Under the pieces are notes generated by a model. It was not told the DNA's origin, searched no databases, and saw only the letters and a list, made by a program, of their open reading frames with translations. Shown piece by piece: positions 19,346 through 29,317 of a stretch of 64,000 nt of DNA; position 1 is the first letter of the stretch, and every line of letters begins with the position of its first letter. Both the position numbers and the translations under genes were made by a program. The DNA is taken from NCBI GenBank assembly GCA_963677595.1, contig OY782041.1, positions 1,088,001-1,152,000 of the forward strand, given 5' to 3'. The DNA is from Spirochaetia bacterium. GTDB lineage: Bacteria; Spirochaetota; Spirochaetia; CAKZLE01.

Positions 19346-19407
19346 TGACCCAATTAATCTACTTTTTGGGTCATTATCTGACCCAATTATACCTGTTAAT
19401 CGAGTCA
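19346..19407. promoter_or_regulatory. Tandem palindromic boxes upstream of the Fic gene
   Basis: TGACCCAA-N12-TTGGGTCA (19346-19373) and TGACCCAA-N13-TCGAGTCA (19379-19407). Confidence 0.6.
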
Positions 19408-19495
19408 TAATCAAGGATAGTAGCTGAATGCTATGCCATATAGACACTCTCATGCTAGAATACCTGCACAAACCATAGAAACAGAAGAGGTGCAT

Positions 19496-20224
19496 ATGCT
19501 GTTGGAAGATAGAGTAGCCCTGATCACCGGAGCAGGGAGGGGAATAGGCAAGGCCATCGCCCTGAAGTTCGCTGAAGAAGGGGCAAAGGTAGTCCTTACA
19601 GGACGCAACGCTGCTGTCCTCGGGGAGGTCGTCCGGGAGATCACGCAGAATGGCGGGGACGCCTTCAGCGTCACCGGCGACCTGCGGGATGCAGACCAGG
19701 TTGCCTCCATCCTCAAGAGTGTCCTGGAGCAGTACGGGAGACTCGATATCCTCGTGAACAATGCGGGCATCTCAAAGGAGATGAAGCTCATCCACATGCC
19801 CATGGAGGTCTGGGATGAGATCCTGGAGGTGAACCTGCGGACCGTCGTCCTGATGACCAAGGCAGTGCTGCCCATCTTCAAGAGCCAGGGAGGGGGGAAT
19901 ATCATCAATATCGCATCAGCTGCAGGGTTGCGGGGACTTCCCGGCAGTTCCGCCTACTCAGCCTCGAAGGCAGCGGTATTGGGCCTGACGCAGGCCCTCG
20001 GCGATGAGCTTCGCCCAGACAAGGTCCGGGTGAATGCGATCTGCCCGGGACCGGTCGATACGGAGATGTTCCAGACCTCCGAGCGGCGGCAGTTCATCCT
20101 CGATGCCGGGGGAGACCTCTTCGAGCCCGAGGATGTTGCGAACGGGGCCCTCTACCTCGCCTCCGACATGTCAAAGGGCGTGAGCAGCCAGACCCTCACC
20201 CTCCGGGGGTTCAACCGCTGGTAG
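19496..20224 (+). CDS. Short-chain dehydrogenase/reductase
   Basis: TGAGRGIG, NNAG, YSASK, VNAICPG. Confidence 0.93.
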   Translation: MLLEDRVALITGAGRGIGKAIALKFAEEGAKVVLTGRNAAVLGEVVREITQNGGDAFSVTGDLRDADQVASILKSVLEQYGRLDILVNNAGISKEMKLIHMPMEVWDEILEVNLRTVVLMTKAVLPIFKSQGGGNIINIASAAGLRGLPGSSAYSASKAAVLGLTQALGDELRPDKVRVNAICPGPVDTEMFQTSERRQFILDAGGDLFEPEDVANGALYLASDMSKGVSSQTLTLRGFNRW

Positions 20225-21290
20225 GCTGAAAGAACCGGATGCACACAGGGGAACCTGTCTCCACCTGGTTCACCAAGGCAAGTGAGCCATCCTCCTCGAT
20301 CCTGAACACACTGACCGTATCGCTGTCCTGGTTCCCGACGAGCAGGTACTCCCCTGCCGGGTCGATGGCAAAGTTCCTGGGGGTCCGTCCCCCGCAGGGC
20401 TGGCAGGAGATGAGGGAGAGGCTCCCGTCCCCCTCAACCCGATAGCCCGTGATGCTGTCATGGCCCCGGTTGGAGGCATAGAGCCTCTTCCCATCGGGTG
20501 TCAGGTGCAGATCGGCACAGGTACTCTCACCGGTGAAGTCCCCAGGCAGGGTACTCACTGCCTGCAGCTCTTCCAACCTTCCGGCTGCATGACGGTAGAC
20601 GATGACCTGGGAGGTAAGCTCATTGACGAGGTAGAAGAACCTGCCGTCACTGCTGAACTCCCCGTAACGCGGCCCATTTCCTGCAGGGACCGTAACTCCC
20701 AGCGAGGTATTGGGCACGATCTTCTCGCCAGGGAGGTCATAGGCGACTATCCGGTCAAGGCCCAGGTCAGCCACATAGAGCAGCTCATCCGCGAAGATAC
20801 AGCTGTGGGCATGGGGTTCGGTCTGCCGTTCGGGATGCACGCTGCGTCCCTCATGCTGGAAGACAGTCCTCCCCTCGCCGATGATGTTCCCATTCTCATC
20901 CAGGCCGAAGGTCGTAACCGACCCGCTGGAATAGTTCGCGATCGCGATGAGGTCCTTTCCAGGAGACACGGCGATATGGCAGGGATCCTTCCCCCCGGTG
21001 CACCAGGTCCCCTCTACGGTGAGGCTTAGGTCTTTATCATAGGAGAGCTCGGTCACCCCGCCGCCTTCTGACCCAAGGTACTCCTTCAGCTCATTGACGG
21101 CATAGATCCGCTTCCGTGATTCATCGACACAGACGAAGGAAGGGTTCGGTATCGCCAGTTCCTCGATGACCTCTATCTCCCCATCCTCGAACGAGCAGAT
21201 AGTGACTCCTCTGCCCTTCCCCTGGTACACCTCACCGGTACCGAAGAGGATGGGTTCCGTATATGATCCCATAACCATATACTGTTTCAT
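20211..21290 (-). CDS. Lactonase family protein (6-phosphogluconolactonase-like)
   Basis: NPSF, ERQTEPHAH, DLGLD, GPR, LYASNRGHDS, PRNFAID. Confidence 0.88.
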   Translation of the reverse strand: MKQYMVMGSYTEPILFGTGEVYQGKGRGVTICSFEDGEIEVIEELAIPNPSFVCVDESRKRIYAVNELKEYLGSEGGGVTELSYDKDLSLTVEGTWCTGGKDPCHIAVSPGKDLIAIANYSSGSVTTFGLDENGNIIGEGRTVFQHEGRSVHPERQTEPHAHSCIFADELLYVADLGLDRIVAYDLPGEKIVPNTSLGVTVPAGNGPRYGEFSSDGRFFYLVNELTSQVIVYRHAAGRLEELQAVSTLPGDFTGESTCADLHLTPDGKRLYASNRGHDSITGYRVEGDGSLSLISCQPCGGRTPRNFAIDPAGEYLLVGNQDSDTVSVFRIEEDGSLALVNQVETGSPVCIRFFQPTSG

Positions 21291-21481
21291 ACGCTTGCCT
21301 CCCAGCTGAACATAGGACCATGGTACCCCGTTCCCCCCTCAAGGGCAAGTACTCGCCTTTCCCTCCCCACGTGTATGCTGGTGAAGTCAATATTTGGTAA
21401 ATTACTATCACTTCCTGCTATTGCCGGCTGGGACTTTCATTGCTAAGCTGTTAATAACTATAAAGGTAGTAAGGTGATACT

Positions 21482-23839
21482 ATGGAAAATCTGATTATGA
21501 CCGAACGGATAGCCTCATTGAAGGCACATATGCTCAGCGAACCGAGATACATGTCCCTGGAACAGGCCCGGATCATCACGGACAGCTACCGTGAACATGA
21601 GGGGGAGAGCAAGGCCTTGAAGCGTGCCTACAGCCTGGCTGCATCCCTCGAGAAGATGGAGATCAGGATAGACCCCCTCGAGCTGATAGTCGGCAACAGG
21701 ACCCCCGGGGTCAGGGCGGGAGTCGTCTTCCCCGAAGCCGGGAGCTCATGGATAAATGACGAGATCGAGACGCTCCCGACACGCCCCCAGGACAAGTTCA
21801 ATGTCAGGCCGGAAGATATCGACGCCTTCAGGAATGATATCTACCCCTATTGGGAAGGAATATGTCTTGAGGATGTCATCAGGGAAAAGATCGGGCCTGA
21901 GGTAAGTGACATCGCGAAGGTCGCGAAGATCAACCAGAAGGACCATGCCCAGGGCCATATCTGCCCCGACACTGAGAAGTGGCTGCTCACCGGACCTGCC
22001 GGGCTCAAGGCTGCAGCCGAGGCGAAGCTCGCTGCAGCTCCTGAAGACCAGAGGGAGTTCTACAGGAGCCTCATCATCACCCAGGACGGCGCTGTACGCT
22101 TCATGCAGCGCTATGCTGAACTGGCAGGGACCATGGCTGACAGGGAGCCTGATGAAGGAATCGCTGAGAACCTGCGGGAGGTCTCCCGGATCTGCCGGAA
22201 GCTCTCAACCACCCCGCCTGAGTCATTCCATGAAGCCCTGCAGTCGCTCTGGTTCCTCTATGTGATCCTCCAGATGGAGTCGAATGCCTCCTCCTTCTCC
22301 CCGGGCAGGGCAGACCAGTACCTCTACCCCTATTACCAGGCAGATATCTCCTCAGGCATCATCGATGACCAGGAGGCACTGGAACTGATCGAAGCCCTCT
22401 GGCTGAAGTTCAACCAGATCGTCTACCTGAGGAACTCCCACAGCGCGAAGTACTTCGCAGGCTTCCCCATCGGGTTCAACATCGCCTGCGGGGGGCAGGA
22501 TGAGCATGGCAATGATGCCGTGAACGAACTGTCGTTCCTCTTCCTGAAAGCCCAGAGCCATATCTTATTACCTCAACCCAACCTCTCCGCCCGCCTCTAC
22601 TCCAGGTCTGATGAGCAGTTCGTCGACGAGTGCAGCAGGGTCATCGGGCTCGGCAGCGGGATCCCCCAGGTGTTCAATGATGAGGGAGTCATCCCGGCAC
22701 TGATGAACGTCGGGATCGAGGAGAAGGATGCCCGCGACTATGCCATCGTCGGCTGTGTTGAGCTCACTACCCATGGGAACAACCTCGGCTGGAGCGATGC
22801 AGCCATGTTCAACCTCATGAAAGCACTGGAGCTTACTCTCACCGACGGGGTCTGCCTGCTGACCGGCCGTGAGATGGGCCTCAAGGCAGGAACCCTGGAA
22901 GATTATACGAGCTATGAAGAGCTGGAAGCTGCTTTTGCCAGGCAGCTCGATCATTACATCGGGCGCATGATCAGAAGCTGTGAAGTAGTGGACCGGACCC
23001 ATGCGGAGGTACTTCCTTCCGCATTCCTCTCGAGTGTCATCGATGACTGCATCGAGAAGGGCTTGGACGTGACAGCAGGCGGGGCCTACTACAACCTCTC
23101 CGGGATCCAGGCCATCCAGGTAGCGAACCTGGCTGACAGCCTCGCGGTATTGAAAGAGCTCGTATTCGAGAAGGGAAAGATCTCAAGAACCGAGCTGCTG
23201 CAGGCGCTGCAGACCGACTGGGACGGGAAGGAATCCCTCAGGCAGACCGTCATCCACAAGGTCCCGAAATACGGGAATGACGTCGCATGGGTCGATACCC
23301 TGGGCAACCAGTGGGTCGAGTACTTTGCATCAAAGCTCGGGGAATACACCAATGTCAGGGGCGGTGCCTACCATACCGGGCTCTACACCGTATCCGCACA
23401 CGTCCCCATGGGGCAGAACGTCGGGGCATCCCCTGACGGGCGGCACGCACAGGAACCACTGGCAGACGGAGGCGTCTCGGCCATGTACGGCAGGGACACG
23501 AACGGCCCCACAGCCCTGCTGAACTCAGTAGCGCGCGTGAACTCCAAACTCGGCAGCAACGGCACCCTGCTCAACATGAAGTTCCTGCCAGAGTTCTTCC
23601 AGACTCGTGAAGGGATCAAGAAGTTCTCCTCACTGCTCCGTACCTTCGTGAAGCTGAAGATCAACCATATCCAGTTCAACGTCCTGCGGAAGGAAGACCT
23701 GATCGCGGCCAAGAAGGACCCGGAGAAGTATTCCAGCCTCACAGTCAGGGTAGCCGGTTATACCGCCTACTTCACCGAACTGGCCGGGGACCTCCAGGAC
23801 GAGATCATCGCCAGGACCAGCTATGGAGAGGGAATGTGA
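21482..23839 (+). CDS. pflD: Glycyl radical enzyme, PflD-like
   Basis: Cys loop VGCVEL, Gly loop RVAGY; PTRPQD, ESNASS, AKYFAGFP resemble E. coli PflD as recalled. Confidence 0.8.
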   Translation: MENLIMTERIASLKAHMLSEPRYMSLEQARIITDSYREHEGESKALKRAYSLAASLEKMEIRIDPLELIVGNRTPGVRAGVVFPEAGSSWINDEIETLPTRPQDKFNVRPEDIDAFRNDIYPYWEGICLEDVIREKIGPEVSDIAKVAKINQKDHAQGHICPDTEKWLLTGPAGLKAAAEAKLAAAPEDQREFYRSLIITQDGAVRFMQRYAELAGTMADREPDEGIAENLREVSRICRKLSTTPPESFHEALQSLWFLYVILQMESNASSFSPGRADQYLYPYYQADISSGIIDDQEALELIEALWLKFNQIVYLRNSHSAKYFAGFPIGFNIACGGQDEHGNDAVNELSFLFLKAQSHILLPQPNLSARLYSRSDEQFVDECSRVIGLGSGIPQVFNDEGVIPALMNVGIEEKDARDYAIVGCVELTTHGNNLGWSDAAMFNLMKALELTLTDGVCLLTGREMGLKAGTLEDYTSYEELEAAFARQLDHYIGRMIRSCEVVDRTHAEVLPSAFLSSVIDDCIEKGLDVTAGGAYYNLSGIQAIQVANLADSLAVLKELVFEKGKISRTELLQALQTDWDGKESLRQTVIHKVPKYGNDVAWVDTLGNQWVEYFASKLGEYTNVRGGAYHTGLYTVSAHVPMGQNVGASPDGRHAQEPLADGGVSAMYGRDTNGPTALLNSVARVNSKLGSNGTLLNMKFLPEFFQTREGIKKFSSLLRTFVKLKINHIQFNVLRKEDLIAAKKDPEKYSSLTVRVAGYTAYFTELAGDLQDEIIARTSYGEGM

Positions 23840-24771
23840 CGGGACGAATCTTCGATACCAAGAAATTCGCCGTACACGACGGCCCCGGGATCAGGACCAC
23901 ACTCTTTCTCAAGGGCTGCCCCCTGGGCTGCATCTGGTGCCATAACCCGGAAGGGATCACTGACACCATCAACCTCTGGTATTTCGGGAATAAGTGCATC
24001 CAATGCAGGAGCTGTATTGCCGTATGCCCGAAGCAGGCACTTACCGCCGATGAAGGGGGATCACCCTTCATCCGGATCGACCATGACCGGTGCGACCGGT
24101 GCGGGATCTGTGTGGAGGAATGTCCCACGACAGCCCTCGCCTTCGATGGCTATGACCTGTCTGTCGAGGAGGCGGTCACGACCCTCCTGCAGGACCGGGA
24201 GTTCTATGCACAGTCCGGCGGGGGTATCACCCTCTCTGGGGGAGACCCCCTCTTTCAGCCCGAGTTCGCACGGGAAGTGCTATCAGCATGCAAGGCACAG
24301 GGCATCCACACCGCCATGGAGACCTCGATGCAGGCGGAGGAGGAGGTGCTTAACGGTTTCATCGGCGTCGTCGACCTCTTCATCGTCGACCTGAAGATCC
24401 TTGATGCGGCTGCCCATAGGAAGTATACGGGAAAGGACAACTCACAGATCCTCTCCAACTTCCGCATGCTCGCCCGTTCCGGAGGAGCCATGTTGGTCCG
24501 CATCCCGCTCATCCCAGGTATGACCGCGACAGAGGAGAATATCAGGGGGATCGCCCGCTTCGTGAAGCGGGAAGCCCCGGGCCAGGCTATCGAACTGATC
24601 AACTTCAACCCCTTGGCGATCAATAAATACCGACTCATGGATATGAGACGCGAAATCCTGGAGCCGATGACACCATACAGCGAATCTGAGCTGGATGGAT
24701 TCTACCGGATCCTGGAAGATGAAGGAGTCCCCGTGATCAGGGAGACCGAGGCATCCAAACAAGAAGCATAA
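23836..24771 (+). CDS. Glycyl-radical activating enzyme with ferredoxin insert
   Basis: HDGPGIRT, CPLGCIWC, two CxxCxxCxxxC motifs; 4-nt overlap with the GRE gene. Confidence 0.93.
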   Translation: MTGRIFDTKKFAVHDGPGIRTTLFLKGCPLGCIWCHNPEGITDTINLWYFGNKCIQCRSCIAVCPKQALTADEGGSPFIRIDHDRCDRCGICVEECPTTALAFDGYDLSVEEAVTTLLQDREFYAQSGGGITLSGGDPLFQPEFAREVLSACKAQGIHTAMETSMQAEEEVLNGFIGVVDLFIVDLKILDAAAHRKYTGKDNSQILSNFRMLARSGGAMLVRIPLIPGMTATEENIRGIARFVKREAPGQAIELINFNPLAINKYRLMDMRREILEPMTPYSESELDGFYRILEDEGVPVIRETEASKQEA

Positions 24772-24785
24772 GGGAGGAGATACCC

Positions 24786-26597
24786 ATGATTTCAACATTC
24801 CTTACCAGGGCACATGAAGGCCGGCCCGTGTATATCAGCACTGCCCATGAGGCCTTCGAGGACCTCGAAGACGGGCGGACCATCCATTGCCTGCTGAGCC
24901 TGCTCGATGAGGGGAAGCAGCGGTACTTCCCGATACGCATCCCCTGCTTCGGTGAATCCGAAGAAGCTGACACCTTTATCAGTGAATATGTCTGGGCAGA
25001 ACTCTACAACATCATCTCAAGCCTCGGCGGCAGGAAGATGGACCTGTACATAGACTGGGAAGATTCACAGCTCGTGAAGTTCTGCCGGGACCTGTCAGGA
25101 GTGTTCGGCATAGATGCAAGCAGGAACGGACGACGTGGGTATGGACGGGCAGTCAATGTGAATGACAGGATGCTCGAGACCCTCGCCCCGGAATCAGACG
25201 GTTTCCATTTCGAGGTACACCCACTCTCCCTGCTCCCGGAGATACCCGGGTCCGGAGATATGACGTCCCCTGACCTCAGCATATTCACCACCGTGACTGA
25301 ACACCTGGAGGGCAAGACCATCTGCGGGATCGATGTGGGCGGCACCGACATCAAGATGGTCCTCGTGCAGGACGGCAGGATCCTGTGCTTCAAGGAGTAC
25401 GACTGGTTCCCGGCGCTCTTCACCACCTCGAAGGAGCTGGTAGACCCCATCCTCCTCCTGGTCAGGCTCATGCGGGCAGTCGCCACGCTCGCAGCCTGTG
25501 ACCCGTCAGCAGAGAAGGACCTGCTCCTGTCCCGACAGGGACAGGCACTGCATATAGCAGCGGATGAAGAGGCTATGCTTACATTCTGCTCCGATGTGGA
25601 GCAGATCGCCGCAGGGCAGATCATCAAGCTCGATGCGATCGGCATGTGTTTCCCCGATGTGGTGGTCCGGAACAAGATCGTCGGCGGTGAGGTCTATAAG
25701 ACCCGTGGGATCAGGAACAACCCTGCTATCGACTATGAATCAGATTTCAGGACCCTGACCAACCTGAACGATCGTCTTGCCGAGTACGTCGGGGATGTTG
25801 GCAATGTCCATATCATCAACGACGGCCCGATGGCCTCCTTCACTGCAGCTGTGGAGATAGCCGCCTCGGAGAACCCAGGGCTGATCGCCAACGGAGTGTT
25901 CGCCCATACCCTGGGGACCGAGCTGGGAACCGGCTGGGTCGATGAGGATGGATCCATCCCCGATATCCCGCTCGAAGTCTACAACTTCATCATCGACCTT
26001 GGGAGTTATGGGGAACGGGCATACCATCCGGATGACCTGCGGAGCCTCAACAACTTCAACACCGGCTTACCGGGCACACTGCAAAAGTATGCGAGCCAGA
26101 GCGGCATCTTCCGGCTGGCCATGAAGTATTTCCCGACCGAGAGACCCGATCTCTTCGCTGAACTCCTGGAGGGGGGATTCGTCCGGGAGTCCGTGATCGA
26201 TGGGAAACCGGCATACATCGTGCCTACTGAGCCGGATGATATGAGAAAGCCCTTCCTGGAGCATATGATGTCCCTCCCCGAACGGGAAGGTGATGAGGTG
26301 AATGAGCGTATCTGGAAAGAGCTCGGCGAGTTCCTGGCGGTTACCTGGCTGGAGACGAAGAAGATACTCGACCCGGCCGCAGGGGCCCGGACCATGTTCG
26401 GGAGACTGGTAAAACGAAAACGCTGTTTCGACCTGATGGTAGAGGGAGCGCGGTCGATCAAGGATGACATCATCTTCGAGATAGCCGATTCGACCCTGGC
26501 GAACACCCCGCTGATGAAGGAACTGGAAGCTGATCCCCATTTCACGGTCGCCCAGTTCGCACAGGCGATCGGTGCCGTCTATTTTGCCAACCGCTGA
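24786..26597 (+). CDS. Atypical 603-aa ROK/ASKHA-fold protein, putative sugar kinase
   Basis: GIDVGGTDIK, INDG, TLGTELGTG, AQAIGA; about 175-aa N-terminal extension; no Zn-binding Cys motif. Confidence 0.65.
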   Translation: MISTFLTRAHEGRPVYISTAHEAFEDLEDGRTIHCLLSLLDEGKQRYFPIRIPCFGESEEADTFISEYVWAELYNIISSLGGRKMDLYIDWEDSQLVKFCRDLSGVFGIDASRNGRRGYGRAVNVNDRMLETLAPESDGFHFEVHPLSLLPEIPGSGDMTSPDLSIFTTVTEHLEGKTICGIDVGGTDIKMVLVQDGRILCFKEYDWFPALFTTSKELVDPILLLVRLMRAVATLAACDPSAEKDLLLSRQGQALHIAADEEAMLTFCSDVEQIAAGQIIKLDAIGMCFPDVVVRNKIVGGEVYKTRGIRNNPAIDYESDFRTLTNLNDRLAEYVGDVGNVHIINDGPMASFTAAVEIAASENPGLIANGVFAHTLGTELGTGWVDEDGSIPDIPLEVYNFIIDLGSYGERAYHPDDLRSLNNFNTGLPGTLQKYASQSGIFRLAMKYFPTERPDLFAELLEGGFVRESVIDGKPAYIVPTEPDDMRKPFLEHMMSLPEREGDEVNERIWKELGEFLAVTWLETKKILDPAAGARTMFGRLVKRKRCFDLMVEGARSIKDDIIFEIADSTLANTPLMKELEADPHFTVAQFAQAIGAVYFANR

Positions 26598-26600
26598 TAC

Positions 26601-27344
26601 TCAATGACTCTTGCGGAAATACCCCGGCGGGACATTCAGGGCCTTATGGATGACCCGCGAGAGGTTGTACTCATTGCTCATACCGCAACTCTGGGCGATC
26701 TCCTTGAGTGAGAGGTCCGTGGAGATGATCAGGTCTCGGGCCCGCTCCACACGGAGGACCCTCACCTCCTCCATCGGTGTGATACCGGTATGCTTCTTGT
26801 ATTTACGCAGGAACGTGTACTTGTTCATCCCGAACGCCCCAGCCAGGGACTCAAGGGTGATCTTCTGAGCCAGGCGTTCGGCGATATACCCCTTTACCTT
26901 CGGCACGAACGCATCCTGCTGTTCATGTTCATACAGGTTCCGCTCGACCTCGTCGAGCAGGGTCTGCATCAGATTGTCCTCGGTATTCTCCTGATTGCGG
27001 TAGAGGGAGTTCTTGTTGTCTGACAACAGCCAGTCAGCCATGATCCTGACCCGTCCCCTCCTGTCATGCATGAGCGGGGGGAACTCCAGCTCAGGGCCGG
27101 TCCAGTCCAGGTAGATGATCTGTGTTTGCTGGTCAGTGAGGTTCTCTTCCTGATGGGGTATGTCACAGTCGTAATAGACGATATCGCCTGTCCCTGCGAT
27201 GAAATCCCCCTCCGGCATCGTGACAGAGAGGGATCCCTTATAGACGATGATCATCTGGTAGAAGCTGTGGCTGTGAAGCTTCCTCAGCCATCCCGGAGGA
27301 CAGGCTACCTCTCCCCCATTGAAGAACATGAATTCATTCATCAT
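26601..27344 (-). CDS. AraC-family regulator with cupin domain
   Basis: LHSHSFYQ; FLRKYKKHTGITP...LSLKEIAQSCG. Confidence 0.9.
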   Translation of the reverse strand: MMNEFMFFNGGEVACPPGWLRKLHSHSFYQMIIVYKGSLSVTMPEGDFIAGTGDIVYYDCDIPHQEENLTDQQTQIIYLDWTGPELEFPPLMHDRRGRVRIMADWLLSDNKNSLYRNQENTEDNLMQTLLDEVERNLYEHEQQDAFVPKVKGYIAERLAQKITLESLAGAFGMNKYTFLRKYKKHTGITPMEEVRVLRVERARDLIISTDLSLKEIAQSCGMSNEYNLSRVIHKALNVPPGYFRKSH

Positions 27345-27363
27345 ACGACCATGCCGCTTGGGA

Positions 27364-27385
27364 GACGGCAGCGGAAGCTGCCGTC
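27364..27385. other. Intergenic stem-loop between permease and AraC gene
   Basis: GACGGCAGC-GGAA-GCTGCCGTC; no U tract. Confidence 0.5.
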
Positions 27386-27396
27386 ACTTCCCAGCC

Positions 27397-28350
27397 CTAC
27401 ACGAGTTCACGCTTTCGCTTCCGGCTGTAGCTGTCAAGACTGAGGATCGCTACCATGACGACACCGCGAAGGATGATCTGCAGGTAGGAATCGAGTCCCA
27501 GCATGTTCATCGCGTTCTGCATGACCGCGAATACCAGGAGCCCGAGCATGGTCTTCGTGACGCTCCCGACACCTCCGGCAAGCGACGTACCACCTACCAC
27601 GATACCGCTGATCACCGTCAGAGCCGTGGTATCACCGTAGATCGAGGAACCGGAGTTCAGCTTGGAAGAGAGCATGACTCCCCCGAAGGCCGCTGCCAGT
27701 CCGCAGAGCACGTATGCGCTGGCCTGGATCTTCAGGACATCGATACCGGAATACTCAGCGACTTCATAGTTCCCGCCGATCGCATACATATTCCTGCCGT
27801 AGCTGGTGAAGCGCAGCAGGTAGAAGAAGATCGCGAAGATGACGAGCATGATGAGGATCAGGTTGGGTATGTGTCCTGCGACACGTCCATTCCCGATCAT
27901 CATGAACTTGAGGCCCTCAGCCGGCAGCGGATGCGCATCAGTGAGCTGCTGTGCGAGACCGGTCAGGACCAGACTCATCCCGAGCGTGACTACAAGCGGC
28001 TCGGTCTTCTGGTAGACGATGATGTAGCCGTTGATCGCCCCGATGAGGCCGCCTGTGAGGACTGCCAGCACAATAGCCAGCCAGATAGGCAGGAAGGCCA
28101 TCAGCTTGATGGTCAGGATCCCAGCGATCACGAGCGTCCCGCCGATGGAGAGGTCGATACCGCCGGCAATGATGACGATCGTGATCCCGAAGGCGACGAT
28201 CATCAGGATCGATGCTGAGTTCATCAGCTCCATGAGGTTGAAGACGGAGTAGAAGTTCGTGGGGAAAAACAACATCAGGAACATCATGGCCAGGACCGCG
28301 ATCAGCGCTTTCTGGTTTGATGCAAAACGAAGTATAGATTTCTTTTTCAT
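27397..28350 (-). CDS. Sugar ABC transporter permease (RbsC type)
   Basis: GGIDLSIG, GRNMYAIGGN, VVGGTSLAGG. Confidence 0.92.
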   Translation of the reverse strand: MKKKSILRFASNQKALIAVLAMMFLMLFFPTNFYSVFNLMELMNSASILMIVAFGITIVIIAGGIDLSIGGTLVIAGILTIKLMAFLPIWLAIVLAVLTGGLIGAINGYIIVYQKTEPLVVTLGMSLVLTGLAQQLTDAHPLPAEGLKFMMIGNGRVAGHIPNLILIMLVIFAIFFYLLRFTSYGRNMYAIGGNYEVAEYSGIDVLKIQASAYVLCGLAAAFGGVMLSSKLNSGSSIYGDTTALTVISGIVVGGTSLAGGVGSVTKTMLGLLVFAVMQNAMNMLGLDSYLQIILRGVVMVAILSLDSYSRKRKRELV

Positions 28351-28360
28351 GATACGCCCC

Positions 28361-29317
28361 TTATTGTGTTTTCCGGTTATCGAGCCAGATAGCCAGCATG
28401 AGCAGCAGCCCCCGCATGACATTCTGCATGTACACGGTAACTCCCAGCAGGTTCATACAGTTGGAAAGCAGTATGATCAGCAGCGTACCGAGCACGGTAC
28501 GTGCGACGCTGCCCCTGCCCCCCGAGAGGCTGGAACCACCGACGACAACAGCCAGGATGGCGTTCAGCTCGAACCCGGCCCCAAGAGTCGGGGATGCCGT
28601 GGTGACCCTGGTGAATAGGATGATGGACCCGACAGCGGCCATCAAGCCGGAGATCATGTAGATCATCATGATCGACCTGGAGATCGAGACACCGGCGAAC
28701 TTCGCGGCCGTCTTGTTCCCGCCCAGCAGGAAGATCTCCCGGCCCATCCGCGTGAATTTCTGGAATATGAACAGGATCACGAAGATCCCCAGGAAGATCA
28801 CGAACGAAGCCGAGAAGAACCCGATGGTCGCCGTCCCGATATAGGTGAAGAGGCTGTAGCTGACCGTGAGATACGACAGGTGTTCGGTGACACCCCCAGT
28901 ATACATCAAGGCTGCCCCGCCGTAGACCGTACTCATCCCGAAGGTGATGAACAGGGCCTCAGCCTGCGTGGTAGCCCCGCTGACGATGATGATCCCGCTG
29001 TTGAGCAATCCCGCAAGGGCCCCAAGACCCAGGCCCGCGATCAGTGCGCCGACCTGCCCAAAGGGTTCTATGAGCGAGAGGGTCACAGCCGCGATGAACG
29101 ACATGATCCCGGCCACTGAGAGGTCCAGGAACCCGCCGATGATGACGAAGGTCATACCCATAGCGACCATGATCAATGGGCCGAACTGCCTCATGATATT
29201 CGTGATGTTCCCGGTCGTGAGGAACTTCGGTTCCACGATGGAGGTGATGACCACCAGGACCAGGATCAGCATCAGTACAAGATATTCGCGTACGATACGG
29301 CTAAGTTTATTCATCAT
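28361..29317 (-). CDS. Sugar ABC transporter permease (RbsC type)
   Basis: GFLDLSVA, ELNAILAVVVGGSSLSGG. Confidence 0.92.
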   Translation of the reverse strand: MMNKLSRIVREYLVLMLILVLVVITSIVEPKFLTTGNITNIMRQFGPLIMVAMGMTFVIIGGFLDLSVAGIMSFIAAVTLSLIEPFGQVGALIAGLGLGALAGLLNSGIIIVSGATTQAEALFITFGMSTVYGGAALMYTGGVTEHLSYLTVSYSLFTYIGTATIGFFSASFVIFLGIFVILFIFQKFTRMGREIFLLGGNKTAAKFAGVSISRSIMMIYMISGLMAAVGSIILFTRVTTASPTLGAGFELNAILAVVVGGSSLSGGRGSVARTVLGTLLIILLSNCMNLLGVTVYMQNVMRGLLLMLAIWLDNRKTQ

